Shown in pieces: positions 13,401 through 24,000 of a stretch of 64,000 bases of DNA. The position numbers and the translations under genes are program-made. The stretch spans positions 1 to 64,000 of the forward strand of contig NW_020844165.1 in NCBI RefSeq assembly GCF_003704095.1, given 5' to 3'. The stretch's first letter is position 1. Every line of letters starts with the position of its first letter. The DNA comes from Pocillopora damicornis. Taxonomy: Eukaryota. The notes under the pieces are model-generated. The model searched no databases, was not told where the DNA came from, and saw nothing but the letters and a program-made list of their open reading frames with translations.

Positions 13401-16400
13401 TGAATGTTTGGAGACAAGTTTCTTTAATCAGCAATTCATCATATCTCAATAACATGAAGACATCATAAAACAACACTTGAAAAAATAACCAACCATTTTC
13501 ACTGCAGTCAAAGGAGCCTATCACAGACACTTTTGTGGCTCATGGATCACCAAGGGAAACTCACTCTACCACTAGTCGGATTGTCAATAGAAAAGAGCCC
13601 TGAAAACAACTAAGTATTACAATTTTGTTGCAGACTTCCTCATTGGAAGTTCACAGTACATATCGAAAGTCACTAAATGTTCAGCCATTACAACTCAGTT
13701 TGTCCTGATGTTAAATGTGTGTGCTTCCTTTGTAATACCTTTGTAATACCTCTGATGTTAAATGTGTGTGCTTTGTTTGTAATACCTCTGGAGTGGTCTT
13801 CTCATGTCATGAGAAAAGAAAAAGAAATATTTTAGCTCTGTACCTATCATCAATACCTTGTTTTAAGCTTTATCAGTTAACTTCTGTTGTGTCCTTTTGT
13901 TTTTTCCTCAAGCTCTTTTTGGTAGTCACTCACTTATTATGGCCTTGTTTGAGAAAATGTTATATAAGACAATCAGTTTAACTGACATGTATAATATTAT
14001 TTATCTCAAGACCGGATTAGAATTAGGACTGAAAAATTATCTCTTTTTAAAACTTGACCATCTCTTATCCATTAGTAAATTTATTTCACTCAAAGTAATA
14101 ATGTGACAAAACAAAACAAACTTTATCAAAAATGCCTTATTTTCATTATCTTCTATAGAAGTTAGCTCAAGGTTATTTTGTTATTGACGTGCTCTTTGTT
14201 ATGGTGATTTGTTAGGTTTTGGTGATTTATGGGGCTATCAGGTGTATATTTCTGGGAAAGAAGGACACCTTGGTCACTACGACTGTGTACAGATAAACAG
14301 AAAGGTAAACACTAAATAGTTTTAGTTTTGGTTGTGGAGGTTGTATAATTTTACTTCATCAATATGAGAATACTTTAAAGTTGCTATTTTGATTTTTGTT
14401 TGTAAGAAAGAATACTTATATCTACAGCATTACGTTTACTCCATCCAGTCTTGAGCCAAAAAAACCCAAATAGTGATGGAATCAACTCTTTAATTTTTTC
14501 CCCCATTATTATATTTTATTGTATTTTGATTTATGTTTTTACGTACGAATAACCATTACCTAGTCTTATCTTGATTGTTATATTTTATTGTATTTTGATT
14601 TATGTTTTTACGTACGAATAACCATTACCTAGTCTTATCTTGATGGTAAAATAAATACAACACATGAAAAATATTAAAGTACAGCTTCTTGAGGCTACGA
14701 TTACGTGAAAATCAGTATGAAATCAGTCTTGCCATTCAAGGAACATTCACTCGACTCTCTTAAAGGAGCATTCTTAGAACAGGAGTTGAGCAGTGAGGAT
14801 GACACAAACAACTTCAAGAGTCTACTCTTAAGTTCACTCACAATCAACATACAGGTATAGCATTACAGGAGCCTGGATGTAGAGAAATACTTTGCTTTGG
14901 AGAGTGCATGGTACTGTCCTAACTGGTGATCATAAATGGCTTTCAGGTCCGGCACCATTCGAGGACTCTAGTTGTTAAATGTATTGATGTCATTCTACCA
15001 GTTATAACTATTACTATAATCACTCCTTTACTTGAAAGTGGTTATTTTCCTTGACCAAGGGAAGAAGCTCTATGTTTGCTAATCCTTAAGAAAACGGATC
15101 TTGAACTTGTGTTCAGAATTACTAGCCTGTAGGTAATCTTTCAACTGTATCAAAAGTAACTGAAGGAGTTGTATTTCTTCAAATTGGCAACTTTATGAAG
15201 AGGAATGGTCTCTACTCGACTATGGGGTCCAACATAGGTTTGGCTGGATGCAGGACGAGTCTTTAAATTACTTTAATTTACTCATAAGAATACGAGACAT
15301 TTTTTATTCCGGGATGCAAGATGAAAGTAGGAAGGCGAGACGAGGATATGCTCTATTCTGAAGGCAAGATAGGAGATAGGATGGGTGTTGTCAGGATCGT
15401 GACTCACCTAAAGTTGATAGTCATACGACCTCAGGGACATTAAAAAGTATTTATTTGATTTTGAAACAGGCTTAACAAATGCACCCATGAAAATTGGAGT
15501 TGATAGGTCTAAATAACTCCGTATTATGTCCAGTCTTCTCTGTATTTGTTACATATGTTTACTTGGCTCCAAATTATTTCCAGTTTTCTCCCCTTTGTCA
15601 TAATTTTGCCCTAACGAGTATGTCTTTGAGTATGCCCCTTTCTGTATGACATTATGGGCGGTTCTTTGAAGATTTCTCTTAGTGATAGTTGTTGCCGTAT
15701 TAAATGCCACTTATTTTGCTCATAAGGATTTCTTTGGGGTTTGGAACTGTTCGGTAGTATTGCGTTACAAAGGGCAAGATTCTATTATTTTCTTTTCCCT
15801 GTTGGAGGAAGAGCTGTTTACGTCCTTCAAATTTCGCTTCCGAGAGTGGGCTGTCAACAAAAAATTTGGGTAGCCTCTCTCTGCCAGATGTGTTTTGAAT
15901 TGTCTAATGTTTCTTTAAAATCTTTTTTTTTTAAAGCCTTTCTTTGCTCCTGGTGGATGACATGTTGTGTAATACGTGTACTGGAATGCCTCTGTTGGTT
16001 TGAAATGGATTCTGATGTCGAGAACTGACTCCCTGTTGAATCTTTTATCCTTATAGATAATGGTGTCTTAAAAAGTAGCTTCTGAAACAGATATTTCAGC
16101 CGTAAATTTTTTGTTGGGTGGTGTTCATTTGCTTGTTTAATGAACAACATCTTTGCAGGTGTGCAATAGAGAGATTATGTCGTCAATGTAGCGTTTCCAA
16201 ACGAACTGTTTGTTAGCGCCTTTATGTAGGATTTTTATTTTAGCCATAAGGATATTTACAATAGCTAATGCCATTTGGTGCCATGGCTTTCTCTAGTAAA
16301 CACTTTGGAATGGAGGTGAGGGGGATATATTTGTGTATAAGCTCAAAATGCCCATTGAAATGAGTATCGATCACTTCTTTCGGAAGCTTTTTTTTTTCAG

Positions 16401-19045
16401 AGACTTGATGAAGTCTGTTGCATCTTTGAGATACGACCTCAGCTGTTGTGCGATTGGCTGAAGAATTTAAATATGTAACAGGATAACTTTTCTGTTGGTC
16501 CTCCTGTAGGTGGAGTTTTTGTGTCTCAATTATAAAGACTATAAATACAGCGTCGACAAAATCTGGATCGGACCGGATCGGATCACGGAACGGACCACAT
16601 ACCAGATCACGGATCGGATCACGGATCGCGAGAAAAGCGTAAAATTTCGGAAGATTACGAGACTGAAGCGTCCAATCTTGTTAGCTATGGCTCGTACCNN
16701 NNNNNNNNNNNNNNNNNNNNNNNNNNNNNNNNNNNNNNNNNNNNNNNNNNNNNNNNNNNNNNNNNNNNNNNNNNNNNNNNNNNNNNNNNNNNNNNNNNTC
16801 CAATCCGTGATCTGATCCGTGATCCGATCTAGTGCGATCCAGGTTTTGTCGATGCAGCTATAAACAAATCAAGAAACAACCTTAAGCCAGGTAAATATGC
16901 CTTAAGGACTCTTTGCCTTTCTCCATAATGAGAGGACTCGTAAAGGCTATAATTTGTCCATCAGTTTAGAAAGGACAGTGATATAGAGCAACTTGGGTTA
17001 AACTAGGTGGGATGGGGATGGAAATGTTTATTGCAGCGGGATGGCGGGATGGAATAGAAGGTAGCCGTAGGATGCGGGATTGGAAAATGTCTACCGACTG
17101 TCGACCAACTGTCACCCGATGCATTTCTAACTAGTTTCCGTTTCAATCAGTGAGAAGTGTCGGTTGTGTGTGGGTGTTGGCGGTGCGTGGGTGACTTCTT
17201 TTACATCTAATTAAAGCTTTTGTAGGAGGATCAAGCTACTATACTTCTCTTTTTCTACAAAACTCTCACTCATTTAGATTTAGTTTGATTTTGTTGCTGA
17301 ATTATTATGCTTTCGTTGGCGATAAACTTTGCAAAGTAACCATTCTCATATGGCGCCCTTTTGTTTGAGTTTTTTTTTCTCAACTCAGTTCCACAAATTT
17401 TATACACATCTTACGCAGACTGGTCATTAGTCAGATTAATAGGGCTGTAAGTTTGAATTCTTTTTTGGTCTTTTTTTTTCTGGTGTTTAGCGGCTCCTGA
17501 AGGAGCCGCTTTTTTTCAATAAATGATCCATTGTTGTAGAGGAAACTGCTCAGAGTTGTCTTCCAGCAGCTGGGAGAATGTTCTGTCACCTGTAAAGTTC
17601 CTGAATCACACAAAATCATCCAAGTAACTTGGTAGATGCTTGTAGAGGGTTCCAGGCATCGACTTCAACTTTTTTTTGACCAGAGCCTTAAAACCAGGAC
17701 CAGCAGTTAGAACAAACTAAAAAAGATGCAAACAAAATGGCAAAGTTTCTCAGAGAGACAGAAATGCGCATCGCCAACCACAGGCATTGGGTCAGAGAGA
17801 GAGAAGAGCGGTTCAGAGAGTTGCAGAACCAGCCAGAGCCGCTGACCAACCAGCAACAAACTGCTGCCGCGAAAGTAAACGGGAATGACCTTTTCCTAAT
17901 CCACAGGCGTAACTAGGCAGTGCTCACCTTGATCAGAGAGAGAAAATGCAGCTTGAGCGATACATACAGATTAGCCCGTACTGCCAGAAGTAACATATAC
18001 TATTTCTTGGGAATTGCTGAGTTGCACATCGTCAACAACATGCGATCTGTAAATAATCTCAAGTAATTTGGTATATTAAGCACTTATAAATTTTTCAAAG
18101 ACTAGAAATTGCGCTCGCTTTACAGGGTTGTGCAATTTTGTTGTCTTGAAAAACTTGTGCAAATTGCCCTTGAAATCATGTTATTACCTACACGTATTTG
18201 ACAGAAATTAAGAAGAAGACTTATTTCTATGATTTGTTGGGGTGTTCCACAAGGGTCCTGTCTTAGTCTTCTGCTGAACATGATTTACTATTTAGAACTG
18301 ATTACCATCATTAAACAATGCCATCTAGAGGCTCACTGTTTTGCTAACAATTGACAGCCATATCTTTCTTTTAAGTAAATTAATTATTGAAATAAAATTA
18401 TTCGAGATCAAATTGTATGTTGTTTCCTTTTTAGAAGGAAATATTGTCCTGGATCTTTCACAAAACAATCAGATATGGAGCAACATACCAGATCACAGTA
18501 CAGAGTATACCATCGCGTTACGAGAATGACAACAATTTAGTAAACCAGAGTGTGCAAGTACCAGGTATTTTTCTTGATAACCAGCCATACTATGATTTCA
18601 GTGATCTTGTTAAAACATACTACATAAAGTGGGATGATGGAAACTGAAACTGAAGAATACATGACAGGTGTAATTGGGAAAATGAATATTTTGGTTTGAA
18701 AACTTCAGAAGAATGGATAACAGCCATACCACTGGAATAATGAATAACACTGAGTTTTGCATCTTAACTTATCTTTTGTAACATCTTATTTGTCTCATTA
18801 GTGAAAGTAAAACTTTCCATCTTTCTCCCTCTATTAGATCACAGGATCTTGGTCAATAACTCCTGTAGGGTTTTTTGTTTTGTTTTTGATACCTTACCCA
18901 TGTATCCACTAATTGATATAAATTTAAAGCATAGTGTGTGGTTACCCTCTACTTCCTTTTTCTGACTTGTTAATATTAATAAGATGATTTCCTTTTTTTA
19001 CAGAGAAGTGTCAATTTAAAGTGTACAAGAATTCGTCAGAGTGCT
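4475..19045 (+). CDS. Partial gene: Ig-like domain plus IL-17-receptor-type fibronectin-III domain (putative IL17R/SEFIR-family receptor ectodomain); 5' and 3' ends not seen
   Basis: Five AG/GT-bounded, phase-compatible, stop-free exons. 4475-4754 (phase 0-1): ESPPKSIHV...HWEKN...DSGIYSFVVDG...LNIQ, Ig-like. 8953-9093 (1-1): VTSCVPFSRQSHPNCLSFPGKSLNVQGAYHLYNGIPIIQVNWTAPNT. 14216-14304 (1-0): GFGDLWGYQVYISGKEGHLGHYDCVQINRK. 18435-18564 (0-1): KEILSWIFHKTIRYGATYQITVQSIPSRYENDNNLVNQSVQVP. 19004-19045 (1-1): EKCQFKVYKNSSEC. The last four exons follow the recalled IL17RA D1 pattern (C..P..L.I..I.W.. / G..L.V..CV.F / Y.VTV..LP..N..S...VPDC....K....C). Confidence 0.7.
6178..6225. repeat. (TACA)n microsatellite
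   Basis: Imperfect TACA run. Confidence 0.9.
9399..9440. repeat. (TTA)n microsatellite
   Basis: TTA run. Confidence 0.9.
10030..10390 (-). mobile_element. Penelope-like retroelement fragment (post-RT region)
   Basis: LPFVTQ...VKKIFIGNWQIIEKQPKLQEVYK.LP..S.K.GKS, a typical PLE C-terminal segment; degenerate. Confidence 0.7.
10550..10620. repeat. 10-bp minisatellite (TAGGTGGTTN)
   Basis: Repeated AGGTGGTT units. Confidence 0.75.
10805..10960 (+). mobile_element. L2-type LINE 3' end fragment
   Basis: Degenerate TLGNLSFSMAAPK.WNSL...FK..KT.YF, the C-terminus of L2/CR1-clade ORF2. Confidence 0.6.
11125..13155 (+). mobile_element. Decayed Academ (XPG-nuclease-type) DNA transposon ORF
   Basis: Frameshifted, stop-riddled motifs GRFHVAFNF.SLLGKKY, GKSYNQGIRSLKL, ERTGNWKLHL, DRQKY..YLPVYL, QPFSQVSTDIALE and the XPG/FEN H3TH-like LGFHTVTGCD..SSLASRGKKKAW. 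Confidence 0.75.
14509..14644. repeat. Tandem duplication, 69-bp period, two copies
   Basis: TTATATTTTATTGTATTTTGATTTATG...CTAGTCTTATCTTGAT occurs at 14509 and 14578. Confidence 0.9.
14690..15225 (+). mobile_element. L2-type LINE fragment (start of RT domain)
   Basis: Degenerate IINHS..ESGYFP..EEAL...LKK.DLELVF.NY.PVGNLSTVSKVTE.VV. Confidence 0.65.
15595..16300 (-). mobile_element. Penelope-like retroelement fragment (RT core to C-terminus)
   Basis: Minus strand WKRYIDDIIS (RT YxDD motif), QANEHHPT.K, and terminal LKDILVRAKL*. Confidence 0.8.
16550..16855. mobile_element. MITE with terminal inverted repeats and subterminal GGATC(A) tandem arrays; interior lies in an N gap
   Basis: Left end GCGTCGACAAAATCTGGATCGGACCGGATCGGATCACGGA; reverse complement of the right end GCATCGACAAAACCTGGATCGCACTAGATCGGATCACGGA. 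Confidence 0.8.
17492..17507 (-). promoter_or_regulatory. Histone-mRNA-type 3' stem-loop after the Merlin remnant
   Basis: Minus strand TGA-AAAAAAGC-GGCTCC-TTCA-GGAGCC-GCTAAACACCAGAAAAAAAAAGA. Confidence 0.5.
17516..17690 (-). mobile_element. Merlin/IS1595(ISXO2)-like transposase C-terminal remnant
   Basis: ALVKKKLKSMPGTLYKHLPSYLDDFV*FRNFTGDRTFSQLLEDNSEQFP resembles the Merlin tail (W..VK.KLK.M.GT....LPSYLDEF.WR...F..LL..I...YP); one internal stop. Confidence 0.7.
18225..18372 (+). mobile_element. L2-type LINE RT fragment (probable continuation of 14690-15225)
   Basis: Degenerate GVPQGSCLS.LL..IY and HCFAN..Q.YLSF (PQG and YADD-region motifs). Confidence 0.65.
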
Positions 19046-19269
19046 GTAAGTTGTTTTTAATTGTAATTTTTTTGCTTAGGGTTAGGTTATGTCAGCTCTG
19101 TACAACTGCTGCCTTCTTGTCCTATTTAAAATCGAAGTTCTAAAGCGAAAAAGTTTCAAAATGTGGTAAAAGTTTTGCTTTTGCTTTAAATTCACTTGCC
19201 AACTTTAGGTAGAGCTTTTAAACAAAAAAATTTTCACAGAGTTATTGTGTATTCTGACTGTTCAGAAGA

Positions 19270-20273
19270 TTATGCTTTGCATAGTTCAGTATTCCAATCG
19301 ACGGAATCGCCTTTTTAAACAGTACAAGAAAATCCCAAAGCCAGACTCCTGGCAGTCTTATCGTAGACAACGGAACAAAGTTAGATCCCTTCCTTAACGC
19401 CAGGAAATGAAAGCCTTTTGCTATACGGCCTTTACAAACACTAAGAACCCAGGTGAATTCTGGAAAAGATAAAACCTTTACTGCCCAACTGTAAATCTGG
19501 TTCAACAAATATAATCAATTTGATGTAAAATAATGTTTTAATAACTGATTCCAAACTTGTCGCAGAGACCTTGAACGACTATTTTGTCAATGTTGCTGGT
19601 TCTAAGGATTCCACTTTCGAGGACTCCGACGATCATCCAAAGCTTATGGGTTTGACACAGATGCCATTAATCTTATCAAGTCTTATTTGCTTGGTCGTCG
19701 TCAAAGAGTTCGACTCGACAACATTTTTTCTGAGTGGAAACCAATCACAGCTGATGTACCTCAAGGATCTTTACCTGGACCCCTCCTATTCAATATTTTT
19801 ATCAATGACTTGAACGATTTCATCTCCACTGTGTCTCTCCGCTTATATGCTGATGATACAACTGGATACATTTAAATTAAACCATTAACAAGGAACTTAA
19901 CGCTATTATAGAATGAGTTGCAGTAAACCATCTATCAATAAATACTGTGAAAACTCAAGCTCTTGTCATCGGCACAAACACATATAAGTACGAACTTTGG
20001 TTAGGCGATACTCCTGTGGAAATAAAAGACTCTCTAAAGATACTAGGAGTCATCATTGACTCGAACCTGACCTTTGAGGAGCATTTAAAAACCCAGCTAA
20101 ATAAGGCATATGCTAAGACAAACGCTTTACGTAGAAATAGACGTTTTATTCCAATACATGTAATGATTCAATTATAAAAAGGCTTTTATTCTTCCTCGTC
20201 TTAAGTATTGCGGCCCAATGCTTATTGGAATAACTAAATCTTTATCTGATAAATTAGGAGATGCAAATTACTA
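19270..20273 (+). mobile_element. CR1/L2-clade LINE ORF2 remnant with an internal deletion
   Basis: LNDYFVNV is joined directly to IKSYLLGRRQRV, then VPQGSLPGPLLFNIFINDL, LYADDTT and LKILGVIIDSNLTF; runs into the gap. Confidence 0.88.
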
Positions 20274-20524
20274 NNNNNNNNNNNNNNNNNNNNNNNNNNN
20301 NNNNNNNNNNNNNNNNNNNNNNNNNNNNNNNNNNNNNNNNNNNNNNNNNNNNNNNNNNNNNNNNNNNNNNNNNTTTTAATTATCCGCGCATCAAGTTTTG
20401 TTTCCTCTGAGAGATAAAATGGTCAAGGGGTGATTAAAAACCATTTAAAACAGGATGTCGCAAACAGACGCGCAGGGCCGTTAACGTTGTAGAACATAGT
20501 TAACTAAGGGCAGAAATGGGTTAC

Positions 20525-20554
20525 CGTCAGGAGCCCATTATCCGGAGCTTCCAT
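20525..20554 (-). CDS. Probable first coding exon (MEAPDNGLLT) of an unidentified gene divergent from GTF3C1; continues toward the gap at 20274-20373
   Basis: Minus strand reads aagATGG (strong Kozak context), 10 codons, then a GTAACC donor. It sits at the edge of a CpG-rich promoter region. Confidence 0.45.
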
Positions 20555-21096
20555 CTTCCATACTGACCCTCTGAGTCAACCCAGTCCCGAATCTTTTTAT
20601 TTTTAGAAGCACCTCCTACGGGGTTTTCCGCGGGTGCTTACATAATAGCCAATCATAAGAGAGCTGTGGTCCTCTATTGTTTACGTCACGTGCAGGCCGC
20701 ACGAAAGAAGTATTTATTTCAATAATGGCGAAAAGCGCGGAAAGTCTACCATTTTTTTTAGGGTGCTATGCGAACGCCAGCGTATTTCCGCGGGAAATTA
20801 AAGAACCCCCACGTAACTCTGTTCAAAAAATAAAAAGATACGGGACAGGGTTGACTCAAGGGTACAATTGGTAGGGATGGTTATCGTGGTGAAACAATGT
20901 TAACTAGGACATATCGTAAGCCATACACGAAGCCTATAACGTGTTGTGTTCCTATCCAGTCTGCTCTCGGTCTGGCTGAAAATGATGGATCTGTAGAGTT
21001 AATGTGGGTCGAAAAAGAATCCAAACGTGTCCATGTTTTTGTTGCTATTTTACACGTTAGAGACATCAGACGATTCGTCCATGTAATTATTGAAAC
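20555..21096. promoter_or_regulatory. CpG-rich GTF3C1 promoter / 5' region, probably bidirectional
   Basis: Local CpG enrichment against a CpG-poor background. CCAAT box at 20649-20653, overlapping CRE/E-box TTACGTCACGTG at 20681-20692, YY1-like AATGGCG at 20724-20730, E2F-like GCGCGGAAA at 20735-20743 and TTTCCGCGGGAAA at 20785-20797. Confidence 0.6.
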
Positions 21097-24000
21097 ATGG
21101 ATGCCATTTTAGATTGCGTTGATGAAATAGCATTGGATGGTTTGGACGGTAAGTATTTCAGCTTAAATTCGTAATTCAGCTCAGATGAGATGAAAATCCT
21201 CCACATGATTCTGGGGTAGCACTAAAAGTACTTTTGGTTATCCTGCCGAGAGAGTTCCTCCATTTGGCGGTAAATTTTATACTGACCCTACATGTTTTAT
21301 TTCGTTTGGCGTTTGCCTCAATGTATTTTTCTCACCCTTATGCAATGTGCAGAGGACAGGTTATTAACGTCAATCAATTTCTGTGCACGGGTTAATTGTT
21401 CAGCCGAAAAACAAGTTGTTTCCTACGTTACCTTTTGGAAAGATAGTGGTTACCATCCCATATGTAGCATGCTTATGTCTAGGAGAGGTCAGCACAAAGA
21501 AAGGTGCAAAGACAAGAAAGTTCTTATTAGTGAATTATGTTCTTACAGGTTGTCCTATACAGGAGCTGTGGAAACACCTAGAAAAAAGAAGACCATCATT
21601 TCCTTTACCACTTGATGAAAATACAAAGCAGTTCTTATGGAAGGGAATCACAAAATTCCACGATGTTGACTTTTTTGCCCTTCCAGAGCCTTTTCCTCAC
21701 ATATTTGGCAATAGTCATGAAGAGGGGAGTGAAGATAAGGATGCAAACCCTGAGCAAAAGAGCTCTCTTGATCAGGTATCAAAATATATAAAGTTCTGCA
21801 TTGTTTCACGTCATGGTATATATCTGCAGCAGCACAGCTGGGCAGGAATCGTGTTTGTTTTCACTTTTTTGATCAGTGAATAAATATTAATGAAAAAGAT
21901 GTCTTTGCAGTACATTTCACCTGAAGTAGTCAGCACTGATTAGAAACAAAAGCAAGTAAAAAGATTTTATTTGTCATTCCTCGTGTAAGGCTGCAGTTGC
22001 TCAATAGGATTGTGTTGCCAGACTGAATCTTAGCCCTATAACTTCCATGAGTGACCAAGAAATAATTTTTCCTTCTGGTAACAATAAAATATTGAGCAGA
22101 CAAGTGATGAGAATAAAGAAAAATATCAACAAGCAGATTATTAGTTGGACAAATAGCAACTTCTCCAAGGTAACTTTACAAGAATTGTTAGACAGACAGT
22201 AAGGAGAATTACTAATGAGATCTTGGGAGTGAAAAGATTATGATCTTAATTACACTAATTACTTTTATCTAGTTACCTTAGTTATGTGACCATGAATATC
22301 TTTTCAGTTTCCAGGGCCACTTAGATACAGTTGTGAGTTTAAGCTCATTTCTGACCAAGAAAGTGGAATAAGAGGTTCCTGTCCAAGTTATCATGTGCGC
22401 AAGAATATATCAGAGGAGATAAGAGGTTCTTTGAATAGAGATTGTTTCGACTTAAAGACTGCTTACGAAAGGTATGTCATTACTGTTGTTGGATTTTGCC
22501 AAAAAATTCATAAAATGCTATTTGAAATTCTCTGTTTGAATTTAGGCTATGATTAATTTTACAAAAAGAATGGAGGAAAAGCTTTTTTGATCTTTACTAT
22601 AGAGTAAAATAAAACTATTCTTAAATACTGAAAGCACTCCCTGCATACTGATAAGTTACTGTAACACTGTAATTAAAATCCATTTACCAGTTGCCATGTT
22701 CTGTTAAAATTTTATTTACAAGAGAAAGGGTATTTGAACTTTACTCATTTTCTATAACAAACTTGCTTTACTATAAAATTTTTGTAATGTCTCAACAAAA
22801 ACACATGAAATCATCCTGTTTATTTCTTTCACAAAGAAGCTGTGGCTCAAGCTGTTTGGGTGGATTTAGATCATTTCTGGAAAGATTAGAAATGCTGGTG
22901 GGATGAAACTCAATGTGATTGTGTGGATATTTTTATTTTTAATGTTTGCAGGTGGGGAGACTGTCTTGTTATGGTTGCCTCTCAGGAAGTGAGGGAAAAA
23001 GCCATCCTTGGATTGGATTGTGATCCAAATGTTCCACTGTCAGACATACAGTACTGTTTGTTGGAGCATATTGGACAAGCAAGATATAATGGACGCATGC
23101 AGAAATACATCAGCTCTAATTTCTTTAAGGTTGAATCAAGGACAACATTTCATCATCTGAAAATTTTGCGCAAAGCTCATTTAGTAACTATGCAGGTAAA
23201 GTATAGTACACAGGCGTACAGTCTCAGTGGTCAATTTTTTATAACAATGGCTGTACATATTATACATTGTGATAGATCAGTAGACAACCTCTAGGCAAAC
23301 TGTGATCGGAAAAGGTTTTGAAATTGATATTATAGTGGGGTTTCCCTTCTCAAATATAAATTGATGTAATTCTTGTAATTTTTCCACTGCATGTATTATG
23401 CCATTTTATCTTATTTGGTTAGTGAAACATGCCATTTATGCTTCTCTTTAACACTGTAAAACAAGGCAAAAATACCAACAGAAAATTGCCATAGTGGACA
23501 ATCCTGGTTATTAGTTACTAATAAATCCACCTTTCTAAAGGTTAAGCATGAAGCAGAGCCCTAGTCAATCATATGGTTTGGAAGTAAATAAAGTTTGGGA
23601 GTGCAATATTGTTGACATCACCTTTTCTCATCCCTTATCTGTGTTTTATCAATCTTGTGTTGGGGTTCTAAACAGTCTCTTGGGTGTAGTAGACTGATGA
23701 AACACCTGTCTAGACAATCAACTGTCATTCCTCAAACTGAAATCTATCTTTTTTATAGGTATTACTGATTCATTAATGAAAGCAACTTAATGAATCATTA
23801 ATTAAATCATTAATTCATTAATTGTTTAGCTTGCAATGTTAATCTTAATTTTTCTAGAATGTTGTTGTTAGTACAACTGATCCTGTGAAGAATGTGAGTA
23901 ATGCCATAACCAATGTGGTGAGATTAAAAAGATTCCATGTACAAGAGCACCACAAGTATGATGTGCTGGCATCTAGACTGTGCAAGCTGTTATTAGATTC

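Noticed and set aside
14159-14304. Transmembrane-like reading (GYFVIDVLFVMVIC*VLVIYGAIRCIF) suggesting a pseudogene TM exon
   Set aside because: Contains stops; a different frame from the 14216 acceptor is open and phase-compatible with the neighbouring exons.
16560-16830. GGATC-rich and other short arrays as CRISPR repeats
   Set aside because: No constant-length unique spacers and no cas genes; they are subterminal MITE repeats.
17492-17516. Reading the hairpins as bacterial intrinsic terminators (hairpin plus T run on the + strand)
   Set aside because: The context is eukaryotic (spliceosomal genes, LINEs), and the associated ORFs are on the minus strand, where the T run is the A-rich 5' flank.
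4475-21150. Ancient synteny with human IL4R/IL21R next to GTF3C1
   Set aside because: Those are type I cytokine receptors, not IL17R-like, they lie on the other side of GTF3C1, and a gap of unknown size intervenes here.
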